A stretch of DNA of 62,246 bases from a bacterium (GCA_049472335.1 JBLIRO010000024.1:1-62246); one strand, 5' to 3'; shown: positions 19,201 through 29,341, numbered from the stretch's first letter. Numbers and translations are program-made. Notes: generated by a model from the letters alone, not told the origin.

Positions 19201-21199
19201 AGTGGAGGTCCCGGATACCATTACTACCTGGATGCTCAATGCGGTTGGCCTATCCCAGGAAAAAGGATTCGGTGTCGGCGAGGATACTCTGAAGGCATTT
19301 CAGCCTTTCTTCATCAAGATTGATCTGCCTTACTCTGCCATAAGGGGCGAGGAGTTTCCTGTAAGCATCTCAATTTATAACTATTTGGGAACACAACAAT
19401 CCGTATCGGTTGTAATTGAACCTGACGAATGGTTTGACCTTCTGGATGATACTTCAAAGATGGTCACGGTGGGAGGCAACGATATCGGAGGCGCGCAATT
19501 CAAGATAAGGCCTAAGACACTCGGCATACAGGAAGTGAAGGTGACCGCGCGCAGCAGCGATGTTGCGGATGCCATGATCAAACAGATCATTATAGAGCCG
19601 GAAGGGGTTGAAAGGGAAGCGATCACCAATATTATATTGAATGCCGGAGACTCTAAGAATATTAACACCTTTATTCCCGGCAATGTGGTGGAAGGCTCGG
19701 CAAGGGCTTATATTGCAGCCACATCGAGCTACCTGACTCAGAGCATTGAAGGACTGGATGAGCTTTTGAAGATGCCTTCCGGGTGCGGGGAGCAGAATAT
19801 GATCTTCCTTGCCCCGGATGTTTACATCGTCCGCTATCTAAAAGCCACTGACCAGCTTAAACCCGAGATCATGGCCAAGGCAGAGAATTTAATGATCACC
19901 GGTTACCAGAGGGAGCTAACCTATCGACGCGACGATGGAAGTTTTTCAGCCTTCGGCCAGAGGGATGATGAAGGGAGCCTGTGGCTTACTGCCTTTGTTT
20001 TGAAGGTATTTTCCCAGGCCATGACCGGCAAACTGATGTATATCGATGAAGGCGTTCTGAACGAGGCACGCGCATGGATTACCGGACATCAAAATGAAGA
20101 CGGCTCCTTCGATCCTGTCGGTTTCGTTCATCACAAGGAAATGATCGGAGGATTGCAGGGGCAAACCGCTTTGACGGCCTTTGTAACCATAGCTCTTCAA
20201 AGGGCAGGTGAAGAGACCGGCTCGGACAGAGGGGTCGAGTATCTGGAAGATCAGTTGTACGAGATAAATGATCCGTACACCATAGCCTTGACAGCCCTTG
20301 CCCTTGAGCTCGGCGGAAGCTCTATGAGGAATGTGGCATATGATAAGCTTATGGGGCTATCTCAAGAGGATGAAAATGGCTTGTATTGGCCTGCATCAGG
20401 CGCGGAAATAGAAGCTACCGGTTACGCTGCCATGGCTTTACTGGAACACGAAGACAAACCGAACGCCGGCAGGGCTGTCAAGTGGCTGGTATCCAAAAGG
20501 AATGCCTATGGCGGTTATGGCTCCACCCAGGATACCGTGGTTGCCCTGGAGGCGGTAACAGAGTATTCCTCAGAAATCGTCTCCAATGTAAATCTGACCC
20601 TGGAGATCCTATGGGAAATTAACGGTGAGACCGGAACGGAATATAAGAAAGAAATAGCCATAAATAGCGAAAATTTCGATGTCCTCCAGATAATCGAAGT
20701 GCCTATCGACAAACAAATCAATATAAGGGCAAGGGGTACCGGAGAGGCTGTAATCCAGAACGTAAAGAGATTTAACCTGCCTGAAGCCGCGAAAACCGGA
20801 CAAACCTTCAATATAACCGTTGATTACGATACCAACCAGATCGAAGTAAACGATCTGATAGAGATTTCGGTAACCATTCAGTTTACTCCTCCCATTTCCA
20901 TAGAAGCGGGGATGGTGGTTCTGGATATATCCGTGCCCACGGGCTTTACCGCTCTTACTGAGAGTATAGAAACGGTCGTCGAGGAGATGGTAAAGATAAA
21001 ACGGTATGAAGTGGCTGCAAGAAAGGTTATATTTTATATAGAAAATATGCTCCCAGGAGAGAAGATAGCCTTTGATTTCAACGCAAAGGCAATGTACCCT
21101 GTGAAGGCCAAAGGGGTCAGTTCCCAGGCATATTCATATTATAAACCTGAAATGAATGGGGAGACCCTAAGCGAGGAAATAATTGTTTCAGAAAGGTAA
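16244..21199 (+). CDS. Alpha-2-macroglobulin/thioester-containing protein, CD109/C3-like type, intact thioester
   Basis: Signal peptide; TDKPIYKPGQ, EEYVLPKYEV, RQFFPETWLW, VPDTITTW, FQPFFI, MPSGCGEQNM (Cys codon 19784-19786), GYQRELTY, STQDTVVAL. Confidence 0.95.
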   Translation: MKRISGTIIILIFLMMVFLGAFAGNVPCVMAEDETVYLDLPSGWSMFSLPVIPPNPELSELFPDAKVVYGYERDKGYVRIEEDEELNVGKGYWILFDNSQIKPLTGRRIYDYPLSLNEGGWEMIGGCTLPAQASADSANINVIYGFDQEVGYRRVLKSEKLLPGKGYWIRLSDSTGLRIDSGWPPGEEEESVQIMADSNVLSYYNNEVNIDCSEWTDPAIAPYQVRVFYWKDNVYQGPYDLPGISFDLTVDDGNDHVMGRITIPDSLMDLYGITGPHDYIKIRLTMSNLQTKHSGAIYVDTMVEPDVVERYMAVLPQTLHIGEKGAVSLSLFSGDYLAKAKVQMALLKEGERIFETEDYIYGKGKVGFEVPQIETGDYTVEVRANGFEDSATVKVAETLLVFVETDKPIYKPGQTMCIRVITLNSELKPVSKDAAVEIQDAKGIKIFRKEIITDEYGLSSFDMPISAEPNLGVWKIIAYCGDFETQSDVRVEEYVLPKYEVKAELPKEWFLVEEPIKGKIKAEYSFGKPVKGELVIEASKYEGVWDVYETVNMLIDGEADFEISAPEYVAGVPAAGGMGNVTLDITVKETNTGYEENMNKIVTISDAPLNIQIIPESSVFKPTLPIELLIITETPDNKPRDAIVSITATYLNEKFEEFNETEHTAETLAGKALLTLVPPGEAIAMVVEAEAEGASASKALESGYSPSGNFIHVEQISQGIPKVGEKISFKVHSTSEAVNFYYEIISRGTLIFTGFTGSSEISLVVTPSMAPSSKILVYQILQTSEVAADCLPFSVEADYPHSVTAEFSKEEAKPGDELEIMIKTEGRAKVGITAVDKSVFILAEKRLNLQQVFDEIERLYMKPQVELHSYNVYREVDTKGAEETFKNAEVIVLSNNNIPKGEEHINIFSCWWCDGKWEIWRRDPVFWAFMALNGVEDMDGVLPPQAGAMPPETGGLAEVERVRQFFPETWLWKELITDEQGNASFSVEVPDTITTWMLNAVGLSQEKGFGVGEDTLKAFQPFFIKIDLPYSAIRGEEFPVSISIYNYLGTQQSVSVVIEPDEWFDLLDDTSKMVTVGGNDIGGAQFKIRPKTLGIQEVKVTARSSDVADAMIKQIIIEPEGVEREAITNIILNAGDSKNINTFIPGNVVEGSARAYIAATSSYLTQSIEGLDELLKMPSGCGEQNMIFLAPDVYIVRYLKATDQLKPEIMAKAENLMITGYQRELTYRRDDGSFSAFGQRDDEGSLWLTAFVLKVFSQAMTGKLMYIDEGVLNEARAWITGHQNEDGSFDPVGFVHHKEMIGGLQGQTALTAFVTIALQRAGEETGSDRGVEYLEDQLYEINDPYTIALTALALELGGSSMRNVAYDKLMGLSQEDENGLYWPASGAEIEATGYAAMALLEHEDKPNAGRAVKWLVSKRNAYGGYGSTQDTVVALEAVTEYSSEIVSNVNLTLEILWEINGETGTEYKKEIAINSENFDVLQIIEVPIDKQINIRARGTGEAVIQNVKRFNLPEAAKTGQTFNITVDYDTNQIEVNDLIEISVTIQFTPPISIEAGMVVLDISVPTGFTALTESIETVVEEMVKIKRYEVAARKVIFYIENMLPGEKIAFDFNAKAMYPVKAKGVSSQAYSYYKPEMNGETLSEEIIVSER

Positions 21200-21203
21200 T
21201 TTT

Positions 21204-21233
21204 AAAGGCCTCCTTTGCAAAAGGAGGCCTTTT
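21204..21233. terminator. Bidirectional intrinsic terminator
   Basis: AAAGGCCTCCTTT-GCA-AAAGGAGGCCTTTT between convergent genes. Confidence 0.8.
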
Positions 21234-21294
21234 GATCTTTTAAAAAACCAGACAGGATTGAATAAAAGGGAAATCCGAATTTTTTAAAAATCCC

Positions 21295-21528
21295 TTACGA
21301 TTCAAGAATCTCCAGGACTGCTCTTTTACCCAGCCTTGTTGAGGCAGCGCTTAATATCGTCCTCATAGCCCTGGCTGTTTTTCCATGTTTCCCAATAACC
21401 TTGCCCAAATCGGCTTGGGCTACCCTCAATTCCAGCGCTGAGATGCGCTCGCCATCAACCTTTGTTACCATAACCTGTTCCGGGTTATCCACAAGCTCCT
21501 TTGAGATTAATTCGATTAGCTCTCTCAT
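21295..21528 (-). CDS. khpA: KH-domain RNA-binding protein KhpA (UPF0109)
   Basis: [38 protein letters not shown] favours ATG 21528. Confidence 0.92.
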   Translation of the reverse strand: MRELIELISKELVDNPEQVMVTKVDGERISALELRVAQADLGKVIGKHGKTARAMRTILSAASTRLGKRAVLEILES

Positions 21529-22041
21529 GACCTTCCCCTCCAACAAAATGATTAATATAAATGGTTAACTATTAGTATATGAGTATTTAAAAAAAATAAA
21601 TCTTTTTTATTTAAATTGATCTTTTATTTAATCTCTTTATACTAATAGACGTTAAAAAAATTGTTTTTCCCCTTATTGTTGTATCATCGATTAAGTTAAG
21701 CATGATCACTGACCTAATACAAGGTTGAATTACAAAAATAAAATTTTCAAACTTTCCAATTTATATATAAGGCATAAAATATGCCTGAGAAAAAAAGAAA
21801 AACCAACATTCCAAGATGATTTTTTAACAATAATTTCAAGAGGTTACAAAATGGTGGTATTTTAGCAAAGTCCCTTTGTTGTTAGTTTTTATATAACAAA
21901 ATTTAAAGCAACAGGAATATCAATTAGTTAGAATATTAGATTAAAACTAACATATTAGTTTTAGTCTAACACTTATAAAGATTAATAAAGATTAATACAG
22001 AATAAAGAGTCCAATAAAAAAATTTTACAGAAAATGATAGA

Positions 22042-23742
22042 CTAAGAGGAATTGTGGCGCATCCATTCATTCATGAGCGCTTCCAATAAATTTAACGGTA
22101 ATGCGCCGTTTTCAAGAATCCTGTCGTGAAACTCCTTAATATGAAATTTTGATCCAAAAATCTTCTCTGCCCTTTCCCTCAATTTAAGAATCTGTAATTC
22201 ACCTATCTTATATGCCAATGCCTGCCCCGGGAGTACAATATAGCGGTCAACCTCCACTTCGATCTCATGATCCTCTAGGCCGGTGTGCTCTCTGCAGTAA
22301 TTTATACAATCATTCCGGCTCCATTTATAGAAATGAATCCCAGTGTCTATCACAAGCCTGGCAGCCCTCCATATTTCATTAGTGAGCCTCCCGTATTCGG
22401 AATATATATCCCGGTACAATCCCATCTCTTTGGCGAGCCTTTCGGCGTACAAAGCCCACCCTTCAATAAAGGCGGTAGATCCCTCATGTCTCCTGAATTC
22501 AGGCAGATCGATCTGCTCCTGCATAAGGGCTATCTGCAGGTGATGGCCTGGCACAGCCTCATGAAATGCCAGGGATTCCATCATAAATACGGCCCGCTGT
22601 TCCGGTTTATAGGTATTGATATAAAAATAGCCCGGTCTGGAAAAATCCTTTGGAGGCGGATAGTAATATGCAGCCGGGGCCGCCTGTTCTCTGTATTTCT
22701 CAATCTCCTTAATATCATATCCGGCTTCTGGCAGTCTCCCGAAAAAATCAGGCAGTCTTTTATCCATCTTTGCCAGGATATCCTTGAATCCGGTCAGGAT
22801 CTCCCGGCTGTCAGCAGGATAAAGGTCCTTTCTGTGCCTGAGATGTTCAGCCAGCTCTCTGACAGTTCCGGCAAAACCCATTTTGTCCATGATTTTATTG
22901 AGCTCGGCGTTGATCCGGCTTACCTCTTCCTTGCCGATATTGTGGATTTCCTCAGGAGAAAGGTCGGTGGAGGTGTGATATTTTACAAAAAATCTGTACA
23001 TTTCCTCACCATCGGGCAGGGACCATATACCCTCATCTTCTCTGCAATGTTTCTTATATTCCCGGGTGAGAAACCGATACAGCTTCTTGTATGCAGGTGT
23101 AACCCTCAATGAGATGGCTTCTTTTACTGCACACTTGATTTCTTGCTTTTCGCGGGCAGAAAAATCATCGGACAACTTTAATACCGGAATAAACAGAGGA
23201 TTTTCCTCAGGATTATATTTGGCAAATGTTTCAACCTGTCTCTCAACATATTCCATGCTCTTATTGAAAGCTGTTATTTTGTGCTTTATTCCGTCCTGTA
23301 AATTTTCGATAATCTGGCCAATAAGCCGGGGAAACTCATCGAGTCTTTTAATATAATTTTCAATGTCCATCCTCGATTTGAAGGGTTGATATTCTATAAT
23401 TTGCGGGAAATCAATATGCTGCCCTCTCAGATGATTGAGAGGAAGGTAATGTGTCTTAAAATCATAAAACCGGATATGATGAAAAAGCGTATTCCTTAAA
23501 AGATCAAAATTTATTTGATTCTTTTTACTTAGCGAGGCCTTATCGATCTTTTCTGTTTTAGCCAGCAAGTCTCTGAAATAGCTGAGCTTATCAGAGATAG
23601 CCTGTTCGGAAAGGTCTTCAAGAACATCATTGTAGCTGTGATCCCCGATATAGGTCGCAAACGTTGGATTGAACTGCAGTATATGATTCCAGTAATCCTC
23701 TAAATAATCCTCCAATACATCATTCTCATCAGTTAAAACCAT
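22042..23742 (-). CDS. DUF885 family protein (M32-like metallopeptidase fold)
   Basis: HEAVPGHHLQ, AFIEGWALYAE, RLVIDTGIH, PGQALAYKIG. Confidence 0.92.
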   Translation of the reverse strand: MVLTDENDVLEDYLEDYWNHILQFNPTFATYIGDHSYNDVLEDLSEQAISDKLSYFRDLLAKTEKIDKASLSKKNQINFDLLRNTLFHHIRFYDFKTHYLPLNHLRGQHIDFPQIIEYQPFKSRMDIENYIKRLDEFPRLIGQIIENLQDGIKHKITAFNKSMEYVERQVETFAKYNPEENPLFIPVLKLSDDFSAREKQEIKCAVKEAISLRVTPAYKKLYRFLTREYKKHCREDEGIWSLPDGEEMYRFFVKYHTSTDLSPEEIHNIGKEEVSRINAELNKIMDKMGFAGTVRELAEHLRHRKDLYPADSREILTGFKDILAKMDKRLPDFFGRLPEAGYDIKEIEKYREQAAPAAYYYPPPKDFSRPGYFYINTYKPEQRAVFMMESLAFHEAVPGHHLQIALMQEQIDLPEFRRHEGSTAFIEGWALYAERLAKEMGLYRDIYSEYGRLTNEIWRAARLVIDTGIHFYKWSRNDCINYCREHTGLEDHEIEVEVDRYIVLPGQALAYKIGELQILKLRERAEKIFGSKFHIKEFHDRILENGALPLNLLEALMNEWMRHNSS

Positions 23743-23844
23743 TTAAATCCTCCGAAATCTTTTACGCTGGCAGAGCAATAAATCGTATGCCTTTAACAGG
23801 ATCAACAATTACTAAAATAAAAACACTTTACAAAAGACATTCTG

Positions 23845-25539
23845 TTATGGGGTGCTGGCGACTGCAATGTAGGCATTGATCTCACCCCATCCGTAATATT
23901 CATCCCAGCCTGCGGCCCCCAGATCAAAGGTGGTTGATTCCAGAATATTCCTGACCTGAAGGGGGGTAAGAACTCCTCCTGTGCTTTTACTGATTACCAT
24001 GGCTCCGACACCTGAAGCCAATGCAGTGGCAGGAGATGTGCCTTGTATAAGCTTATAGAAAAATGTAGAAAGATTGGTACCATCATGGGTTTGCTGCATA
24101 ATGCCGTCCGGATACCCGTCAATATTCTGATCCACCGAGAGGTTTCCTCCCGGAGCCACCAGGTCCAGCTCAACCCCATAGTTGGAATAGGCAGGTCTTG
24201 TGCTGTCGTATTGCACCGCTCCGACAGAGATACATTCGGTATAAGACGCAGGATACTCAGGTATGTTCGAACCTGCGTTACCGGCTGATCCGAAGATCGT
24301 TATACCCTGATTATATGCAAATGTCACCGCTGTTTGCTCGGTAATCGCGGTCCCCACCCCGCCGAAACTCATATTGATAACCTGTGCCCCGTTATTGGCT
24401 GCATAATATATCCCTTCCACTTCGTCTGCTACAGCTACATTTCCCAGGCTATCCATGACTTTGACAGTCATAACCGTGGCGGAAAAGGCCACCCCTGCGA
24501 CACCTAACAGATTATTGGTTGTCTGGGCAATACAGCCGCACATGTGCGTCCCGTGCCCATAATCATCATCCGGGTTCGCGTCTGCATTTATAAAATCCCA
24601 GCCCGGTATTATCAGTGTCCCCGCGAGGTCAGGGGCCAGGGCATACGGTGCCGCATCTCTATAGGAGACACCCGAATCCAGAAGACCTACAACAACTCCA
24701 CTGCCTGAAGTCAGATTCCAGGCCCAGTCCGTATACATATGAGGCAAATGCCATTGATACTTATAAAGAGGGTCATTGGGTATAAGATGGGCATGCCTGT
24801 AATAGTTGGGCTCAGCATAGAGCACGGCCGGCTCAGGTGCAATTCTCTCTATGGTATCATGCACACTCTGAAAGCTCGAAAGGGCTGCGAGTGTGAATCC
24901 CGCAAAGGGACTTGTTCGTAGCTCCCTCAAATTGTGTTTGTTAAGCACAAAGGCCCTGTCCCGGGGCGAGGCTTCAGGCCTGAACATCACAATCAACTGC
25001 CGGCTCACATAAGCCGGTACTACATTGCTATATGGAGTTCCGGATTTCATGTCTGCCGGCATCCCGGTCCTTATTTCACCTGTATCAAAACCAAGTCTCG
25101 AATTAGGAACAGATGGCGGAGAAGGAGCAGCCTCTCTGCCTGCCCGCCATTGAGGGTCAGGCCGAAAATAGGTATCCGCGATTACCGGATTACTGAATAT
25201 CGAATACATGGAGACCGGTAAGGCCGGGGTATAAAAAGGGAAAAATTCCATACCTCTAGAATTGTTATAGAACGGCCCAAAATAATTGGTATTGTTTTGA
25301 GAAAATCTTTGATATGGGTACGGAGTGAAAAATATCCCTGAAATTCCCGGATTAAAATAAGGTACCATTGGCCATTGGAATTGAAAAAAAGGGAAGTAAT
25401 AGGAATAGCCCGGTTGCGGGAGAAAAAACATGGCAAAAAGCAACATTACAATCGCCAAAGGAACAAAATTATATATGCCTCTGAGTCCTTTTTTATAAAT
25501 AATACTCATGCATATATTATACCCTAAATCAATAACCAA
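23845..25539 (-). CDS. Secreted S8 subtilisin-like serine protease (start may be ATG 25509)
   Basis: Catalytic triad LLDSG / HGTH / GTSPA; oxyanion SAGN; prodomain ending YAEPNY; aromatic-rich N-terminal segment. Confidence 0.92.
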   Translation of the reverse strand: MVIDLGYNICMSIIYKKGLRGIYNFVPLAIVMLLFAMFFLPQPGYSYYFPFFQFQWPMVPYFNPGISGIFFTPYPYQRFSQNNTNYFGPFYNNSRGMEFFPFYTPALPVSMYSIFSNPVIADTYFRPDPQWRAGREAAPSPPSVPNSRLGFDTGEIRTGMPADMKSGTPYSNVVPAYVSRQLIVMFRPEASPRDRAFVLNKHNLRELRTSPFAGFTLAALSSFQSVHDTIERIAPEPAVLYAEPNYYRHAHLIPNDPLYKYQWHLPHMYTDWAWNLTSGSGVVVGLLDSGVSYRDAAPYALAPDLAGTLIIPGWDFINADANPDDDYGHGTHMCGCIAQTTNNLLGVAGVAFSATVMTVKVMDSLGNVAVADEVEGIYYAANNGAQVINMSFGGVGTAITEQTAVTFAYNQGITIFGSAGNAGSNIPEYPASYTECISVGAVQYDSTRPAYSNYGVELDLVAPGGNLSVDQNIDGYPDGIMQQTHDGTNLSTFFYKLIQGTSPATALASGVGAMVISKSTGGVLTPLQVRNILESTTFDLGAAGWDEYYGWGEINAYIAVASTP

Positions 25540-25587
25540 GGGGAAATCGTCCTGGACTCTGAAAGCAGATACACTAATCTATTTATA

Positions 25588-26901
25588 TCAGTGATCGCAT
25601 ACATTCTCCCCTGTTTGTAGGGTGCCTGCCAGATAAGCCTCAACCAGCTTTTTTGGTTCTTCGCTGATCGCGCCCGTAATTACCCGCACGCCATTTTGAG
25701 CGAACAAATCCTGCGCCCTGGATCCCATTCCTCCGGCAATTATCAGGTTCGCGCCTCTCTCTTTCAGCCAGACAGGAAGCAATCCGGGCTCATGCTCAGG
25801 GGCTTCCACAGAATCCTGTTTGAGTATCTCTTTTGTCTCCGGATCCACATCGATCAATGCAAAATGTTCACAGTGTCCGAAATGCATTGATAGCCTGTTA
25901 TTGACTATTGGTATGGCTATTCTCATTTTCCCTCCATCATTGTCTGTGGCAGGCGTATTATTAAGAACTTCTGCTTGATTAATTGCGGAAACGGCAGGTT
26001 CCGCCACAGGTAGATCCATTTCCAGAATAGGGCTGATAACCCCTGAAAAGGCCTGCGCCGTCTCAGTTTTGGCATAGTGATAGAGATACGGCTTACCCTC
26101 ATCAGAGGCATTTACAACCTGAGGATCAATAGGCACCTTGCCAAGAAAAGGGACCCGCATTTCCCTTGCCACCTGTTCCCCTCCCCCTGTCTTAAAAATC
26201 TCCGATGTTTTCCCGCAGTGGGGACACACAAACCCGCTCATATTTTCCACCACTCCGATTATATTGATTGAAAGCTGCTGACAAAAGCTTATGGATTTTC
26301 TTACATCCGAAAGGGCCAGTTCCTGTGGTGTAGTAACAATAACAGCCTGAATGCCCCCGCCGCTTTCCTTAAGGAGCTGATCAATGCTCAGGGGTTCGTC
26401 ACCTGTTCCGGGCGGAGAGTCAACAATAAGGAAATCCAGTTCCCCCCATACCACATCCTCGAGGAATTGCTTTATCACACCGTACTTCATTGGTCCCCTC
26501 CAGATTACAGCTTCATCATCCTGCCTCAGAAGAAAACCTATGGACATCACCTTCAGGTTGTCTCCGTATCCGGTGGGGATGATTCCGGCATCGGTTGCCT
26601 GGATAGCCTTTTTTTCCAAATGAAGAAGCTTGGGTATGCTTGGACCGTGGACATCTATATCCAAAAGCCCCACTCTCTTGCCGGACAGGGCTAGGGCCAC
26701 TGCCATATTCACCGCTACCGTGCTTTTGCCCACTCCGCCTTTTCCTGACAAAACAAGGATCTTGTGTTTAATCCGGGACATTCTCTGTATCAGATTCTCT
26801 CCGGAAGGAAACTGTTTCATCTCTTTCTGCCCCTTTCCGGTGTCCCCGCATTTACCAGACGCACAGCCCCTGTCATGGTGATTATCATTTCCGTTGCTCA
26901 T
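25588..26901 (-). CDS. mrp: Mrp/NBP35 Fe-S cluster carrier ATPase fused to a NifB/NifX-family domain
   Basis: SGKGGVGKST, WRGP, DSPPGTGDE, ENMSGFVCPHC; C-terminal HFGHC..HEPG..GGMG..VCDH. Confidence 0.93.
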   Translation of the reverse strand: MSNGNDNHHDRGCASGKCGDTGKGQKEMKQFPSGENLIQRMSRIKHKILVLSGKGGVGKSTVAVNMAVALALSGKRVGLLDIDVHGPSIPKLLHLEKKAIQATDAGIIPTGYGDNLKVMSIGFLLRQDDEAVIWRGPMKYGVIKQFLEDVVWGELDFLIVDSPPGTGDEPLSIDQLLKESGGGIQAVIVTTPQELALSDVRKSISFCQQLSINIIGVVENMSGFVCPHCGKTSEIFKTGGGEQVAREMRVPFLGKVPIDPQVVNASDEGKPYLYHYAKTETAQAFSGVISPILEMDLPVAEPAVSAINQAEVLNNTPATDNDGGKMRIAIPIVNNRLSMHFGHCEHFALIDVDPETKEILKQDSVEAPEHEPGLLPVWLKERGANLIIAGGMGSRAQDLFAQNGVRVITGAISEEPKKLVEAYLAGTLQTGENVCDH

Positions 26902-27077
26902 AATCTCTTCCTCCGATCTTATTAAAAAATCTTAATATATATTAAAATGTTATATATATTTTTCTCAGTTTATCAATTCCTCAGAGTTTTTTTTGATCTA
27001 TATAATGACCTTCTAATTATCCAATGTCAATGGCTGATCGTTTAAACCTTATTTTAGATCATCCCACCTGTGTCCTG

Positions 27078-27093
27078 AGCAAATGAAATGCCA
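27078..27093 (-). promoter_or_regulatory. Sigma54 -24/-12 promoter of mrp
   Basis: TGGCATTTCATTTGCT (GG-N10-GC) on the minus strand, between the activator gene and mrp. Confidence 0.75.
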
Positions 27094-27255
27094 TGGCAGA
27101 AAAGAGCAGGGAACAAAAAAGATATCTAATTGAAATAATGAGACTAATTGGATTAATAATCTCTCCGGTCTTTAAAAAGAGAGAAACAAATATCGATAAA
27201 AACGGGAACAAAATGCACCAGAATATACTATCAGCGGATAAAAAAGGTTCCCTGT

Positions 27256-28608
27256 TTAACCGGTCTTGCCAATACCCAACCTTAGCATCTTTCTGCGAAG
27301 GGTGTTTTTGTCAACTCCCAGTTCCCTCGCAGTAGCCAAACGGCGCCAGTTATTCCTCTCGAGGGCCGCACGTATTGCACGGGCCTCTACTTCTTTCAAT
27401 GTAAGACCTGTTGAAATATCTTCCGTGACACCATGAGGCCTGAGATTTTCAGGCAGATGCTCAGGCAGGATAACACCCTGGGGGCAGAGGATGAACGCGT
27501 GCTCTATGGCATGCTCCAGTTCCCTGACATTTCCGGGCCAATCATGCCGCATAAGAAGGGCAAGGGCCTTATCGGATATCCCCAGAAGATTTTTGCCTTT
27601 AAGTCTATTAAAGTGTCCTATGAAATGCTCCACTAGCAGGGGGATGTCCTCTTTTCTGTCTTTTAACGGGGGGATACGAAGCTTTATTACATTTATCCTG
27701 TAATAAAGGTCATCGCGAAAACGGCCGGCCTTGACCTCTTCCTGCAGATTCTTGTTTGTGGCAGCAAGGATACGGACATCCGCCTTTAATGTTTCAGTGG
27801 CGCCTAGGGGCTCATAGGTGCCGTTTTGAAGGACCCTTAAAAGACGCACCTGCAGTGCGGCGGAGATATCACCCACTTCGTCCAGAAAGATCGTTCCGCC
27901 TTCGGCCAGGGCGAATCTCCCCAGCCTGTCTTTTTTGGCATCGGTAAAGGCACCTGCCTTATGTCCGAACAGCTCCGATTCAAGAAGTGTATCGGGCAAC
28001 GCTGCACAATTTACCACGATGAAGGGCTTTTTGGCCCGGCCGCTCAACCGGTGAATTGCCTGGGCGAACAGCTCCTTCCCTGTTCCGCTGGGTCCTTCAA
28101 TCAATACGATACTCTCACTCCTTGCGACCTGGGGAAGGATCGAAAAAAGCTTCTGCATGGCATGATTTCGGCTTATAATGTCGGATACAGAATATTGATG
28201 AAGGAGCTCCTTTCTCAGCTCAACAACCTGTCTCAGGTCCCGGAATGTTTCAACCCCTCCGATTATCTTCCCCTCTTTATTCTTTAAAAGGGCTGTGCTT
28301 ACACTAATGGGCACCTGATCTCCATCCGGTCGGATGATGGATATGGGCTCGTTCACGATAGGCCGGCCGGTCTTCATGGTCCGTTTCAGGGCACAGGCGG
28401 TCTCACAAATATCGGCGCGAAAGACCTCACAACAGGGCCTTCCTATGGCTTCTTCCCTCGGAACCCCTGTTATATCCTCAGAAGCACGGTTGAAAGAGGT
28501 TATCCTCCAGTTAAGATCAACAGTGAAGACACCATCAGCAACACTGTCCAGGATCACATCCCGGCATGGAGGCATATCATTTTCTTCGTTTTTTAAATCT
28601 GTATTCAT
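27256..28608 (-). CDS. PAS-domain sigma54-dependent transcriptional activator (Fis HTH)
   Basis: PAS (DGVFTVD..FNRASE); GPSGTGKE, ESELFGH, GAFTDA, WPGNVREL, C-terminal HTH. Confidence 0.95.
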   Translation of the reverse strand: MNTDLKNEENDMPPCRDVILDSVADGVFTVDLNWRITSFNRASEDITGVPREEAIGRPCCEVFRADICETACALKRTMKTGRPIVNEPISIIRPDGDQVPISVSTALLKNKEGKIIGGVETFRDLRQVVELRKELLHQYSVSDIISRNHAMQKLFSILPQVARSESIVLIEGPSGTGKELFAQAIHRLSGRAKKPFIVVNCAALPDTLLESELFGHKAGAFTDAKKDRLGRFALAEGGTIFLDEVGDISAALQVRLLRVLQNGTYEPLGATETLKADVRILAATNKNLQEEVKAGRFRDDLYYRINVIKLRIPPLKDRKEDIPLLVEHFIGHFNRLKGKNLLGISDKALALLMRHDWPGNVRELEHAIEHAFILCPQGVILPEHLPENLRPHGVTEDISTGLTLKEVEARAIRAALERNNWRRLATARELGVDKNTLRRKMLRLGIGKTG

Positions 28609-28672
28609 AATTTTACATAATCTTTTACAAGGTATTAAAAGAGAAGATCCCTTTATTTTTCATACTAAATCT

Positions 28673-28897
28673 TTACATATATGTTTTGAATTCATTAAGT
28701 GTTAACCCTGCCTGTCGAAGAATTGATCTGAAAGTACCTTTTGCAATTTCTTTATGATTAGGGATTGTTAGTCTCCTATGAGGTGGGCTCTCATTTCGAA
28801 GGATGATATGGCTTCCCGTCTGATGATCAATAGAATAGCCAAAATTCTTTAAAATTTTGCAAACTTTTCTTCCTGAAATTACCGGAAGTTTACTCAA
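28673..28897 (-). CDS. hicA: HicA family mRNA interferase toxin
   Basis: MSKLPVISG, HQTGSHIIL, TIPNHKEIAKGT. Confidence 0.9.
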   Translation of the reverse strand: MSKLPVISGRKVCKILKNFGYSIDHQTGSHIILRNESPPHRRLTIPNHKEIAKGTFRSILRQAGLTLNEFKTYM

Positions 28898-29106
28898 ACT
28901 GCGACCTCAACAACCTCCTCCTCGATAGAAGGTGGTATAGGTTCATTATGCTTTTTAAGGCTCTCTATATATCCTTTAATAGCATCCTTAATATTCTCTA
29001 ATGCCTCTTTCCTGGTTTTTCCCTGGGAAATACATCCTGGTAAAGATGTACATTCAGCCACAAAGACTCCATCTTCATCCTGCTCAATCAAGATTCTATA
29101 TTGCAT
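28894..29106 (-). CDS. hicB: HicB family antitoxin (short)
   Basis: EQDEDGVFVAECTSLPGCISQGKTRKEALENIKDAI; AAGGAG RBS before ATG 29106. Confidence 0.9.
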   Translation of the reverse strand: MQYRILIEQDEDGVFVAECTSLPGCISQGKTRKEALENIKDAIKGYIESLKKHNEPIPPSIEEEVVEVAV

Positions 29107-29341
29107 AATAAAACTCCTTATCATTTTGAATATTTTTTAGTTTCTTCAGAAAAATAATAGTTCATTAATGGGTACCTTGTCAATATAAAGGAATTCTATT
29201 AAAAAACTGTTTAAGACATTTTTGAGTCCCTGAATTAACCAGCATGTCAATGCAATTCAGTGGTTTTTCTTGACAATAAATGCTAATTTATTCTATATCT
29301 ATATATAATTTGGGAATAATCTTCTTTCAGGCGCCTTAAAT

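Noticed and set aside
21770..21786. Sigma54 promoter for khpA
   Set aside because: GG-N10-GC spacing fits on both strands, but flanks deviate from consensus; more likely a palindromic operator or chance
22285..23112. 275-aa plus-strand ORF and the many other antisense or nested ORFs in the track (e.g. 51220-51888, 36742-37314, 41857-42435)
   Set aside because: Shadow frames of well-supported genes with no recognisable motifs
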